The notes under the pieces were generated by a model. It saw only the letters and a program-made list of their open reading frames with translations, had not been told where the DNA came from and ran no database searches. Positions 39,727-52,742 of a stretch of DNA of 64,000 bases are shown piece after piece; position 1 is the first letter of the stretch; each line of letters opens with the position of its first letter. Source of the DNA: Mobula hypostoma (Eukaryota); the NCBI RefSeq assembly GCF_963921235.1, contig NC_086097.1, positions 76,820,001 through 76,884,000 of the forward strand, read 5' to 3'. Made by a program: the position numbers and the translations under genes.

Positions 39727-41003
39727 GTAAGCTTTATGCCAGATTTGCGATCATGGCAAATGTTGAGATACATTCAAAATTTAGGTCCGATCCCAATTAG
39801 CCTCAGTTTCTGCTACAGTAAGTCCAAACTAGGGTCTTTTCTGGAGTATTGGAACTGCTCTTGTGTTTACTGATGACATCATGTGAAGTTATTACTGATG
39901 GATGGTGGCAACTTGCAGATTTCTTGCCAGTGACTTGTCTTTTTAAGATGGCGTTCTGGGATTAGACTTAGAACATAGATGGCAAAATGAGGCTAAGGAC
40001 CTAACTTGCTTACAGGTTGTAGCATTCCTGTGAAAAATATGATGTGGTTTATTAGAAGAAGTGATTTCTGTTTGACCTTTGTAAATACTTAGTTTCAGTT
40101 GTTTAACTTAAAAAATTGGCTGATGATTTAAGAATATAAGGTTCTAAGACAAAAGGAGCAGGAGCAGGCCACCAAGCCCCTCAGTTCTATCCCAGTATAC
40201 TTTACAATCAGCCCAAGCCTCGCCTCCTGTTATGTGACGGTTCCCCATAGATTTCAAATCCGTGTCAAACTCACAGGTAAGAGTGGAAAGAGAATTTCAG
40301 AGATTCAGCAACCTGTTAATGAAAAGTTATTCTTTCAGAGCTCACTTCTCAACCTTGTCTGTTTTCTTATTTGAGATTCGTCCACTATTGGAAACATATC
40401 TCGACCTTGCAATCTACCTAGTTGTGACTTTGTACCTTACTGTCTGCCTGCAGTGTACTTTCTCTCCAACTACAATACTATTCTGCATTCTATTATCTTC
40501 CCTTATATTATCCCAATAAATTGATATGATGATCTGTATGGATGGTTTGCAAAACAAAGAATTTCACTGAACCTAGATACAAGTGACATTAATGAATCAA
40601 TTTACCAAACTTGATACCCTGCCATGCCCAGTTAAGACCTTGACTATTTTAGTAAGTTCAGCCCTCCAAAGTAAACCAGTCTAGACAGCTGATGACTTTA
40701 GTTGGTAGTTGATGGTTTTAATTTTCAAAAATACTCTAGATTTGGGAGAGGTTCCTTTTTGCAGAATATCAAATGTATCTCCTTTATTCAAAAAGCAAGT
40801 TAGTCAGAAAGTAGGACATTTCAGGATAAGTAACATACTGTAAGTCATTGGAAAATTGTGAGAAAGTATTACTGAGGTTGACCGAAGAGGGCAATTAGAA
40901 AAAGACAAGCTAATCAAACATGACATGCAATTGTGAAAGGTAATCGTGTTTGAGCAAGTTCAATGTATTATGAATAAAGGGTAACTGAAAGTATTGTTCA
41001 AAA

Positions 41004-41568
41004 TACTCAGTGTCCACTTTATTAGGTACTCATGTACTCCTGCTCATCAATGCAAATATCTAATCAGCCAATCCTATGGCCACAATTCAATGCATAAAAA
41101 CATGCAGATATGGTCAAGAGGTTCAGTTGTTGTTCAGTCCAGACATTAGAATGGGGAAGAAATCTGGTCTAAGTGACTTTACTGTTTCATGATTGTTGAT
41201 GCCAGAAAAGGTAGTTTGAGTATCTCAGAAACTGCTGATCATCGGGGATTTTCACGCACATGAGTCTCTAGAGTTTACAGAGAATGAGGTGAAAAACAAA
41301 AAAAAATCCAGTGAGTGGCAGTTCTGTGGGTGAAAACACCTTGTTAATGAGAGAAGTCAGTGGAGAATAGCCAGGCTTGTTCAAGCTGACAGGAAAGAAA
41401 ATAACAAATAACCATGCAGTACAGCAGGGGTGTGCAGAAGTGCGCCTTTGAATGCACAACATGTTGAAGCTTGAAGTGGATGGGCTACAGCAGCAGAAGA
41501 CCACAAATATACACTCAGTGGGCACTTTATTAGATACAGGAGGTACCTAATAAAATGGGCACTGAATG
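41004..41568 (+). mobile_element. Non-autonomous Tc1-like DNA transposon
   Basis: TIR CTCAGTG.CCACTTTATTAGGTAC, ends in TA; relic from 41151 reads MGKK..LSDF..MIV.AR....SISETAD..GFSRT.VSRVYRE. Confidence 0.85.
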
Positions 41569-41669
41569 TAGATTTCATAAGAGCTTTAATAAGCTGTCAT
41601 AACAAAGAATACTGGATAAAGTAAATATTCATGGTGCAGGAGATAGCATATTGGCATAAGATAAAATAA

Positions 41670-41970
41670 GAAAAAATGACAGATTTCGGAAATCTGCAAA
41701 ATAAAACAAAGCAATTCTGAAAAACTCAGCAAGCCAGGCACATCTGTGGAAACAAAGAGTTAACTACCAATTTTAGCCATTTGGTCTACCCTATCAGAGA
41801 TATTCCCTTTTTTCCACCAGACTTTCTTTATCGGCTCGTCCGCTTGAAACCAACTTGTTTTTTTTCTCTTCCCCAGTTCTGCTGAGAGTCCCGGACCTGA
41901 AATATTAACTGTTTCTCTTTCTACATATGCTACCTTACTTGCTGAGTATTTCCAGCATTTTCTGTGTTTA
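41670..41970. mobile_element. Old fold-back Penelope-like tail relic
   Basis: Inverted ACTCAGCAAG / CTTGCTGAGT arms; degenerate hammerhead motif at 41874-41911. Confidence 0.6.
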
Positions 41971-42701
41971 TGGTATGACTAGAAGATTGATTGGATAACA
42001 AAAAAGAAACAGGCATAAATAGTCAGCGTCTGCTTGGCATACGTGCCAAGGGATCAGTGCTGGTGCCCCTACCTTTTACAATTTACATAAGTAATTTGGA
42101 AAGAAGCACTAATTTTTTTTGATGACACAAAGCTTGGTAGGAAAATAAATTGTGATACGAATATGGAGTATCACACAAAAGGATATAGATAGGTTAAATG
42201 AGCAGGACAAGATCTGATAAGCGTGACCCACACTACTTGTTTAAAAAAAAAAGTAAGAAAGGAAAATACTAGAATCCATATCAAAGGATGTAATAGTAGA
42301 GCATCTTATAAAGAAACATCAGACTGAGCATAGCGTACATGGATCTATGAAAGAAAAATCACGTATAACTAAATGGCTGGAGTTATTTGGGGAAGTAACA
42401 AATATAAAGGAAGATATGTAATAGATGGATAAGTAATAGACAAGGGCGATCAGTGGATTTGGTGTATTGGGATTTTTTAAGGCACTCTCCCAATAACCCT
42501 TGATTCCCTTGATATTCAGAAATCTGTCACGCTCTAAATATGGCTTTATATGTCAATCTCGGGTCAGCTCCTGCCATGTTATGCATGGCAAGATAGTAAG
42601 TGTTCATCTGAATTGGATATTTCTCCCACATATTTACCTCGCTAAAGAGGTGTGACCTGATGAAAACATGTTAGAAAACACGATTCTTCTTGTTGCTTAA
42701 G

Positions 42702-42882
42702 GTGAAAGTGTTGAGGAAAATGCGAGTGTTGTTGTGAAGTTGCTGATTCGTCGCCCAGAGTGCTTTGGGCCTGCTGTAAGAGGTGAAGGAGGAAGTGGCT
42801 TGTTAGCGGCAATGAAGGAGGCCATTGAAATCTCAGAAGATCCCTGCCGTGATCTCCCTCCTGTTGAAGCTGGGAAAAATGG
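42702..42882 (+). CDS. RYR3: RyR exon J (181 nt): (G)[30 protein letters not shown]...GKN(G)
   Basis: ttgcttaag acceptor, GG|gtgagt donor. Confidence 0.94.
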
Positions 42883-42984
42883 GTGAGTCGCAGTTCTCTT
42901 TTTCAATCAAGTTGCTGTTCTGAAGTTAACAATCCAACAGAATTATGTATAGGTTGCCTACGTGAATAAAGATTTCCAAAGGAT

Positions 42985-44130
42985 CTTGAATCAAGATTCA
43001 AGTTTATCCATCACATGTGCACCTAAACATACAGAGAAATGTGTTGTTTGCATTAACAACCAACACACCTGAGGGTGTGCTGGGGGCAGCCCACAAGTGT
43101 CGCCACACATTCCGGTGCCAACATAGTGTGCCGACAATGCTTGGCAGAACAGCACAGAAAACAACAAGCAACAAAACAAGCCCCATTCCTCCTACCCACC
43201 CACATACATACGCAGCCCTTTAATCTCAGGACAACCCTCCAATCTCCAGTCACTGGACTTCAACCTCATCAGCAGACTTGCAAAGATTTTTGTTTGTATT
43301 TAACATTTTAACAAATTAACATGACAATGACAAGTAAGTTAGTAAAATTAATTTCAATAGGTTTCAATGGGTACTTTTAATGTCAGAGAAATGTATACAA
43401 TATACATCATGAAATTCTTTTTCTTCGCAAACATCCACAAAAACAGAGGAGTGCCCCAAAGAATGAATGACAGTTAAATGTTAGAACCGCAAAGCCCCCC
43501 CCCACCCACACGTAAGCAGCAGCAAAGCAACGTTCCCTCCTCCCCCGCCAGCAAAGAAAGCATCGGTGCCCCCCACAGAGCACTCAAGTGTGCAGCAAAG
43601 AATCAATAAAGACACAGACTTGCAGTACTCCGAAGACTACTCATTCACCCAGTATTTGTCATACCACAGTCTCTCTCTCGCTCTTGTCCCCATTTCACAG
43701 CGAGAGGGGAGACATAGCAAAAGAGCTCACTGATTTATGGTGTTAAAAATCTGCTGCATTGCTTCTTCCGAGCTCTGTGCCCAAAGAACTCGGGTCTCTG
43801 AGCACACAACCAGCAGCCAGCTCCCTGCTTTCGATCTTCCATCTCCCATGACACACCAGTTTTCAGCAACGGCACTGACCTCGAGTCTGCCCGCCTCCAG
43901 AGCCGCGAAATCCTGGAGCCCTGAAGGTGTGCTAGTCCTCTAGGCCGTGTCCTTGGCATATTGAATAGCTGCCAGTAGTGAGACCCCAAGGTCGGGGTCC
44001 CATTTCCGCAAAACCAAAGTCAGTGCATAACTCCAGGTCAGGATCTTCAAAAGTGCCCTGAAAGGGAAAAATAGAAATATTGAAGATAGAAATAGAACTG
44101 TTTCCAAAGATGCAGGCAAAGGAGTCGTAC
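42985..44130 (-). mobile_element. Two non-coding interspersed repeats with LINE-type 3' tails (about 42985-43230 and 43350-44130)
   Basis: AATAAA-like and short-repeat tails on the minus strand resembling the Rex1-like tails in this window; GC/CpG-rich interior. Confidence 0.45.
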
Positions 44131-44777
44131 ATCGTACTCCTAAGCTCTAGCTTTGAGGTAAAAAAAAATGGTTAACCAACAAAACTTGATATTACAATGG
44201 AATCAAGATCACTGGGAAGAAATGGAGGAAGTTAAAAAATGAGAAGACAAGGTAGAGCACTCCATGCACTTTACTGAAATTGGACTCCCATTGTGCCACT
44301 GCGAACCAGATTTACATTTTGCAAACACATGAGAAGTTTCCAAGGCATTTGCAATTACTGTAATCTGCAATCCATCATAAAATGCATTTAGAGCCTCTCC
44401 CAACATTTCTTATCGGATCACAAAAGACTTTTGGCACTTAAGCCAAAGAGTTTGTATACAAGGTTCTTTGAGTTAATAATTTAGAATTAATTCAAAATGA
44501 ATAGCTGTACACCAGAATTGAACTGTATGTAAAGTAAGTATGTTGTCATAAGATAAAGTGTAATGAGACTCTAACATAATCTAGTTCTGATATAATCTCT
44601 CTCCACTTTGCTCTGGTACCTGAACCCAAATTCATTTTCATTATATTTGCTGCATCAACATGAAGAAGAAAACATTTTCACCAAAGTTATGTGACAGCAC
44701 CCAAACTGCTGTACAGTTTTTTTTTGCTTCATTTATTTGAATAACTTAAACTGTTTAAATGGCTCCTTTTAAAACAG

Positions 44778-44880
44778 TGGTAAAGAAGAGGATGAAGAAG
44801 TTGTGCATATGGGTAATTCTATTATGTCCTTCTATTCGGCTCTGATTGATCTTCTTGGACGATGTGCTCCAGAGATGCAT
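44778..44880 (+). CDS. RYR3: RyR exon K (103 nt): [34 protein letters not shown]
   Basis: aaaacag acceptor, CAT|gtaag donor. Confidence 0.94.
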
Positions 44881-45054
44881 GTAAGAAAGCTTTTTAGAAG
44901 TTTATTTTAAAAAAATCATTCTACCCCTATATCAAATTAATGAAATATGTATTCTGAGATATTTAATGGGTTTACAATTTACTGAATGTGGAGATACATT
45001 ATTATTAAAGTCTTCAGTCTGCCAACTACTGCCTTTTCATCACTATTCCCTCAG

Positions 45055-45175
45055 TTAATCCAAGCTGGCAAAGGCGAAGCTATCCGAATCCGAGCTATTC
45101 TTCGTTCTCTAGTGCCAACTGAGGACCTGGTGGGCATTATTAGTATACCACTGAAATTGCCTGTTGTCAATCCAG
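45055..45175 (+). CDS. RYR3: RyR exon L (121 nt): [40 protein letters not shown]
   Basis: ccctcag acceptor, G|gtatg donor; follows a 174-nt intron. Confidence 0.95.
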
Positions 45176-46147
45176 GTATGCCATTTCTATTGAAGTACGT
45201 TGTTAAACATATTGGCAGCTCTTCAATGCAGGTAATTTTTTCCCATAATTTTCCCCATGGTGAGTCAAATTATACATCATTTTATGATTAGCCATGACAT
45301 ATGTGGCACATAAGATATTTTTCCCTACATCTGTATCCCCTTAGTGTGTAATGAGCAGATTTTAACATTTGCTCTGCCCTTGCTGGGTGTAATGTGGCTG
45401 GAATTATTGGAAACAACAGATTTCAGGTCTTGAATGTGTACCACATTTCAGCTTGCTTGTTTTAGTTGTCGGGGATTTTCGTTAGCTCTGACACTAGGAT
45501 GTGCCATCCCAGCAGGAGGACAGGAAGAAGGCATGTCCAATCCGGTTTTATCTGCTGCTATTTTTGTGGAATTGCTTCAGAACTACAGCTTGCAAGAAGG
45601 TTGTGGGGACATTTGTTCAGTAGGCTATAACCGTATTATTAAAATCACTTTATTGGGTGCTCAATGCCAGGGAATGTAGGTGAGGCACAATAGCTGGTTG
45701 CAGCAAATCCAATCAAGGAAGAGAAAATCAGGCAGACTTCCTACCTCTAGTCATTATGCCAACTGAAAGCTTGTGTATGTATTATGTGAGAACCAGATTG
45801 GGTTTTGCTATAATGCCAGACTGCTCCTTCTGTGTGACTGAATGCAGTTTTTAAATTTTCTCACCACCGAAGTTGGCAGATCAAGAGCTGTTGCGATGAA
45901 ATGGGGATGTCTACAACAGCCAAGGCCTCTGATGCAGAAGAGGCAGTCTTGTATGACTTTATAGTCTTTCCACAACTTGAGGATGACTCCTGCATGGTAC
46001 AAGATCTTGCAACAGTTAGCATGCATGGATCATAAAAGATCAGGTCTGAAGAGAAATTTGACTTTGATGGATGACACAAAGAAAGAATCAACAGCTTCCA
46101 ATGTTAACACAGTTTATCCAAGCTCACTCTCAAGGAATTGATAATTG

Positions 46148-47040
46148 AGTTCAAAGTTCAAAGTAAATTTATTATCAAAGTACATAGATGTCACCATATA
46201 CAACATTGAAATTCGTTTTTTTATGGGCATTCGCAGGAAATATAAAGAAACAAAAACATGCAAAATAATAATAACAATTAAACAAGCAATACATATCAGG
46301 AACATGAGATGAAGAGTCCATGAAAGAGTGTCCATAGGCTGTGGGAACAGTTCAGTGTTGGGGTGAGTGAAGGTATCCCTTCTGGTTCAAGAGCCTGATG
46401 GTTGAGGGGTAATAATTGTTTCTGAATTTGGTGGAGTGGGTCCTGAGGCTCCTGTACCAGCAGTGAGAAGAGAGCATGGCCTGGATGGTGAGGGTCTCTG
46501 ATGATGGATGCCGGTTACCTGCGACAGCGTTCCATGTAGGTGTGCTCAATGGTGGGGAAGGCTTTATCTGCTGCTTTTTGTAGGCTTTTCCATTCAGGGG
46601 CATTGATATTTCCATACCAACCTGTGATGTAACCAGTCAATATACTCTCCGCCATACATCAAAGTTTTAGATGACATATCAAATCTTCGCAAACTCCTAA
46701 GGAAGTGGAGGTGATGCCATGCTTTCTTTGGAACAGACTTATCTACAGCACAGATCCTCCCAAGTGATAACACCAAGGAATTTAAAGTTGCTGATCCTCT
46801 CCTCCTCTGATACTCCAGTGAGGACTAGCTCATGAACCTCTGGTTTAGTCCTCCCAAAGTCAACAATTAACTTGTTCTTGCTGACATTGGGTCAGGGGCT
46901 GTTGTAGCACCACTCAAACAGATTTTCAAATCTCCCTCCTATACGCTGATTCATCACCACCCTTGAGAACAGGGGTGTCATCAGCAAACTTATGTATGTA
47001 ATGGTGCTGTGCTTTGCCACCCAGTCATAAGTATAAATCG
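46148..47040 (-). mobile_element. Rex1/Babar-like LINE 3' fragment
   Basis: KKAWHHLHFLRSLRRF and STKFRNNYYP motifs; same tail as the 33857 copy. Confidence 0.85.
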
Positions 47041-47242
47041 AGGTGTAAAGGGCTGCAGCCTCCTTAAACCCAAACTCAGTTACAGTGAATATCTTTGGGA
47101 GAGGAAGAAGGTGGGGAAAAGCATTTTGAATGTATGATTATTTCTTGGACTTTGTCAATAATAAGATCCGATTTAATGCGGCAACAGGAAAAAATATTTT
47201 GTCAAGCTGTACTTTATGAACTATATTTTGGTGGTTTGACAG

Positions 47243-47412
47243 ATGGAACCATTTATGAGCCGACAATGTCTGCAAGTTTCTGTCCTGACCACAAAGCACC
47301 CATGGTACTGTTTCTGGATCGTGTTTATGGTATTGAGGACCAAAGTTTCCTGCTTCATTTGCTCAAAGTTGGGTTTTTACCTGATCTAAGAGCATCTGCC
47401 TCCCTTGAATCA
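47243..47412 (+). CDS. RYR3: RyR exon M (170 nt): (D)[29 protein letters not shown]...RASASLES
   Basis: tttgacag acceptor, TCA|gtgagt donor. Confidence 0.95.
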
Positions 47413-47961
47413 GTGAGTAAAAGTGGTTTATTAACATCAGCAATGTTATGTAAATTTGGTTCACTGCTATTTGTGCTGTTTCCTCTGTTGAGTTAGTATG
47501 TCATAATGCATTCTTTCAGTTGTCTTTCTCTCCTTATGTGTTTATTAATTTGATCAATGACATGAAAATTAAGTTTTGGAGAGTTAATATGCATTAGGCT
47601 TCTCTCCATTCTGACAGCAAACCAACAAGAGATTTCAGATAGAAACTTTATCCAATACTTCTATTCTTCCATTAGAGGGATTAAATGGCATTGAATTACA
47701 CCTGAAGGGCAATATTCTAATCGGCCAAAATTGAATTTGTAGAGCATGCCTAATCAGAGTAATTGACAATAATGTATTCTAATCACATGCTGAAGAAGAA
47801 AGTAACATTAAAGTTACAACTTAAGAAAAAATTGATAAATGAAATATTCATTGCAGTATTCTTTTTATCTTCCTTGTGTTATAATTATTAATTCAGATAA
47901 AAACAAATTTGCTGTCTTTAAAGTTTACCCATAAATAATTATTGTCTTTCCATTCCAACAG

Positions 47962-48182
47962 GCTGACTTAAATACAACGGAGGTAGCCCTTGCCCTTAAC
48001 AGATATCTCTGTTCAGCAGTGCTTCCATTGCTCACAAGATGCTCACCTCTTTTTGCTGGGACAGAACACTTTGCCCCTTTGATAGATTCTACGTTGCATA
48101 CAATATACAGATTATCCAAAGGACGTTGTCTTACCAAAGCACAGCGAGAGTCAATTGAAGAATGCTTGCTGTCAATATGCCG
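47962..48182 (+). CDS. RYR3: RyR exon N (221 nt): [27 protein letters not shown]...IEECLLSIC(R)
   Basis: ccaacag acceptor, CG|gtac donor. Confidence 0.95.
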
Positions 48183-48477
48183 GTACAAATATTTTAATTC
48201 ACAATTCCAAATCTTCAGAATTACATTTGGTGATATGTCTTTTCATATTCCATATGACTATGCTGATTATCTTTCAAGTACCTTGGGTAGAGCGAAGGAA
48301 ACAAAATCTAAGTTGTGATTTTTTAAAAATTTGCTCACCTAATTCATCAAAAAATTTTCCGATTTTTGACCAGGAGCCAATGTTATCCTGTACGCCCACT
48401 CCAAGTACTTGTGGTAATTAGTTAAATACGTTTGATTAAGAAAAATATCTTTCAACATCAGATTGAAAGTTACCAAT

Positions 48478-48704
48478 GAAGAAGAAGAAGAAGAAGAAGA
48501 AAGCCCTTAACTCTGAGTGGAGTCATCGGGACGCCGTCGTGATGGCGTTTTTTTAGTAGGCTTTCTTATTTTTATGAGGCCGAGTTGCTAGCTTGACGCT
48601 CAACCCAGCACTGATGGAAAGCGTGCAAGGGAGCCGGCTGTATTTGAACTCGACAGCCTTCGCTCCGAAGTCCGGCGCTGATGCCACTACGCCACCAGCC
48701 GGCC
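48478..48704 (-). mobile_element. Young tRNA-derived SINE with (TTC)n tail
   Basis: A box TGGCGTAGTGG, B box GAGTTCAAATA; TSD AAAG(T/C)TACCAAT at 48466-48477 and 48706-48717; CpG-rich. Confidence 0.88.
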
Positions 48705-48843
48705 AAAAGCTACCAATAGCCTTATATAAAATTGCCACCTACTGGCAAAGTAATGAGCTCCTACCACACTTAACATGTAGATCTATTTCGTCGCAACAGG
48801 CCTTAATTTTTTGACTGTGTCCTCTTCCCTTGGATTTGACATA

Positions 48844-49139
48844 CAGTACTCAGCAAAAGACTTAGGCAGATATATATTCCTAAGGTGCCGAAGTCTTTAG
48901 CACAGTACCGTATTTGTCAACATAGAGCGGAGAGTGAGTTTGTAAATCTGGTGAGAGCAAAGCATATTGGGAATGGTGAGAGTGGAGCACCACAGGAGGG
49001 CTGTGGGACAGGTGACACAGAAGGAGTCCTGGGGTGGGGGGCTTGTGGCGGTGTGTGTGTGTGTATGTGTGTGTGTATGTATATATATATGTGTGTGTGT
49101 GTGTGTATATGTATGTCTAAGGCTATTTGCACAGTACTG
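48844..49139. mobile_element. Tc1-like MITE containing a (TG)n/(TA)n microsatellite
   Basis: TA|CAGTACTCAGCAAAAGACTTAG ... CTAAGGCTATTTGCACAGTACTG|TA. Confidence 0.8.
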
Positions 49140-50204
49140 TAAAGGGGTGAATTCTGGATACACAGCAGGGGCAAAGGAGGCAAACATACCAAGAGATCGG
49201 GGGAGAGGGATGATTACTTTGGGAATTGTAGTTGTAACATAATAAAAATGTAGAGAAGTGATGACCAACAAGACCGGTAGGAATCTAAAAATGAGGGCAA
49301 GGGAGCACTAGGGGGCTGAGAACCAAACAGGTCAGCGAGTATCATCATGATAGTTGAGTAGGTATATTCACTTTGGCTAAAACATGTCTGTCAAAACATG
49401 AGGATATGAAACCAGTCAGGAGAACATAACATTAACTCTAGAGAATTAACTGTTTTAGCAGCAGGCAGAAGATGTAGATGTGCATCATAGGGGTGAAAGG
49501 AAACAGTTTTTGTAATTACAGGACATGGGAATGGAAGTTCAGTCTCAGTAATTCTGAAGGAGGATGGATGTACTACCATGGTACAGAGCCTGTGATGGGA
49601 ACAAAGGTCATTCTAAGATATGGGTAATCATTATTCATTCAAGTCTGGATATCAGGGGAAATAAACAATCTTGCTGTGTAGAGATATTGAAGGGATTGTG
49701 AGAAGTGATGAACAGGTGGAGCTATGCCATGAATGTACATTGTGTGGAGGTTACAGTGTCTCTAGGTCATGTTGTCAAAGATCAGATATAGAAAGGAGCA
49801 AGTTCAGGATGCATTCTTGGGAAACCCAAGAGAACAATTCAGGATAGGAAAAGAAGCAATTACCTGAGTTTCTCCTTATGACTAAGAGCAACATTTAAGA
49901 CATTTTCAGGAAGTTCTCATTTGTTCCTCTCTGGGTCTTTGGCTGCTACACATCAAAATGACCAAAATTATTGCCATTTCCTGCTAGATTTATGGTGTTC
50001 TGGATTTGTTTACAAAGAAATTGGGTGCAAATCCTCATCATCATATTCCTTATAGGATAATGAAGATGATGTCCATTACCTGTAAACCATGGTGCTATCC
50101 CACCCTTAGTGAACTTATTAAACTGAGCATGTTTTCAATGATAAATCTAAAGAACCTTTAATTTTCCCTACACTACACAATTTTTAATTGTTACTATTTT
50201 GCAG

Positions 50205-50295
50205 GTATCTTCAACCTTCTATGTTGCAACCACTTCTGCGCCGCTTTGTTTTTGATGTTCCCCTTCTGAACGAATACTGTAAAATGCCACTAAAG
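50205..50295 (+). CDS. RYR3: RyR exon O (91 nt): [30 protein letters not shown]
   Basis: ttttgcag acceptor, AAG|gtat donor. Confidence 0.94.
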
Positions 50296-50631
50296 GTATA
50301 TGCCTAACATAGTCTTTCACTGATTAAAAATTTATGTACTTTACAATTGTTGAACATTCGTTAAATTGCAATTGGAAGCCAAGTTTATGATTTCAACAAG
50401 TTTAAAGTTTGAGTTCCTGGATTTTATTAAAAATGTCCTGAAGTTGAGAAGTCTTTTAGTATAATATTTATGGAATACTGATTTCTCATATCACTGTTGT
50501 CATGACATTAATAAAGTCTGTGGAAAATACTGTATCTGGGTATGGATTTCCCAGTCAAGGAGAAATTGCAATGGATTCTGTGACAGTACCAGTCCTGCAC
50601 CCAGACATTTGCTTACATCCAGCCTGTTCTT

Positions 50632-51015
50632 AAACTCAAGGGATCCTGCAGATGCTGGAAATCTTGAGCAACAAGCATAAAATGCAAGAGCAACTCAGCA
50701 TGTCGAGCAGCATCTGTGAGGGGGAATAAACAGTTGACATTTTAGGCCTAGACTCTTAATCAGGACTGGAAAGGAAGGGGCAAGATGATGGAAGGGAGAG
50801 GAGTAGAAGCTTACAGGTGATAGGTGAAACCAGAGGTGTGTTGGTGGAGAAGGGGGATGAAGTAAGAAGCCGAGAGGTGATAGGTGGACAAGGTAAAAGG
50901 CTGAAGAAGAAAGTCTCTAATAGGAGAGGACAGTAAGCCATAGAGAAAGGGAAGGAGGAGGGGCTCAAGAAGGAGCAAATGGGCAGGTGAAGAAAGCAGA
51001 AGGGGTGTAAGGAGA
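50632..51015 (-). mobile_element. Penelope-like 3' tail relic
   Basis: CTGCAGATGCTGGAAAT terminus shared with 56701-56716; purine-rich UTR; degenerate hammerhead motif at 50731-50769. Confidence 0.7.
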
Positions 51016-51057
51016 ACTTTTTATGCTCCTCATGTTAATTTCTTATTTCAATTATAG

Positions 51058-51198
51058 CTTTTAAGTAATCATTATACACAGTGCTGGAAGTACTATTGCC
51101 TGGCATCTGGATGGGGCAGTTATGGAAGTGCATCTGATGAAGAGTTGCACCTTACCAAGAAATTGTTCTGGGGAATTCTGGATGCACTCTCAATAAAA
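51058..51198 (+). CDS. RYR3: RyR exon P (141 nt): [23 protein letters not shown]...[12 protein letters not shown]
   Basis: attatag acceptor, AAA|gtaag donor. Confidence 0.94.
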
Positions 51199-52578
51199 GT
51201 AAGATTAATCTTGTGTTCTTCAATTGCATTAAAGGTTTCCTAAAATTTGGGCTTGCATTGGTTATTGAAGGTTAGAGCTGTAAATGTGGAAATATGTCAA
51301 AAAAGGCAAGGAAATATCTGTATTTCACCAAGGTTAAAAAAAAGTAAATAAGCTACTGAAATGGTATATATGCCTCACATTATTTCAAACATTTTAATTA
51401 TGCTTCCTCAGAGTTACATTCTTTATTGAAAATAAATCTCTGAGCCTTGAATAATTGGTGTTTTAAGAATAATGCAAAGCCTAAAAAGTGTTTTTGGTGT
51501 CCTCTTGAACATGGGTATCCAAAGCAGCACTGTTAATTCTCTTGAATTATATAAACGCATTTTGACATGCTCAGATAGATTTTGGAAATATAAAACCAGA
51601 GCGTCACAGAACAGTTGCAGTGCAGAAGGGGGTCATTTGGTCATTTGTGTGTGTGCTAGTTATTTATCAGAGCAATTTTCTAGTCCCATCTCCCAACCCC
51701 AGTCCTTTCTCTGTAACTTTGCTGCACTGTATTTTTATCCCGTTCCCTCCTGAAGACCATATTAGAAGGCAGTGCATTCAGCTGAAATTGAAAAAGGAAA
51801 CTTAAGAAAGGCAGCAGCTATAAAAAAACACAAACTTAAGTTTTTTTGCTTAGTGACTTTCAGAAACAAGTGAACCTGTCAGACTGAAGACAAGTTTTAA
51901 GAAGCAGGCAACCAAGAAATGAGCAAAAGAGAAGAATAGTTCAGCACGAACTAGATGAGCTGAAGGATCTGTTTCTGTGTTTTATTTTTCTATGACTCTG
52001 TGATAAGTAAATGATTCCACTGAGCCAAAGAGGGTGGTAATGGAACAAATGAGAAAACAGAGATGTAAATGTGAGGAGCAGAGTCTCAGGGCTAAATGGT
52101 ACTGAAGATGATCTGGCAGTAACTATAGTAAAAGTGAAGATGTTACTTTAACAGAACAGCAAGATATGTTGGACGATGGGCTTGCTCTGAGAACAACAAA
52201 AGCTTGCTGAGACAATGTCCTTGTTTATCTTAAGGAGGTTTGAGAAAGGGTTAGATAATGGACTTGAATAGTATGTATTTTTTTGTTAAACACCACCCTG
52301 AGTTTGAAAATCGCAGAGCAAGCGGTGTTATTATTTCAAACATCTTCAACATTATTGAAGGAGGTTAATAGGCAATCTATTGTGTTGCACAGTGTTTGCA
52401 AATGTATAAATGATTGATGCTATTTCCATGTATTGCTGGCAATGATACTGCTCCATCAGTTGGAAATGAAGGTCTGAATATATTGCTTACCGTTACATTT
52501 AGTGTTTTATCAGTAATCAGCTGTACTTCTCATTGACGTTAATGATCCTGCCATCTAATTGCCAAATCTCTCCAACAG

Positions 52579-52742
52579 AAATATCACCCTGATCTCTTTA
52601 AAATGGCTCTGCCGTGCCTAAGTGCAATTGGAGGGGCCCTCTCCCCTGACTATGTCGATTCCAGCTTTTCCAATGACTTGGACAGACAGGCATCAGTGGA
52701 TGACAAAGGCAACTTTGACCCGAAACCCATCAACACTTCTAA
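52579..52742 (+). CDS. RYR3: RyR exon Q (164 nt): KYHPDLFKMALPCLSAIGGAL...GNFDPKPINTS(N)
   Basis: ccaacag acceptor, AA|gtatg donor. Confidence 0.94.

Noticed and set aside
48633..48704. Functional tRNA gene
   Set aside because: Anticodon and T stems are imperfect, and it is embedded in a TSD-flanked element with a body and tail, so it is a SINE head
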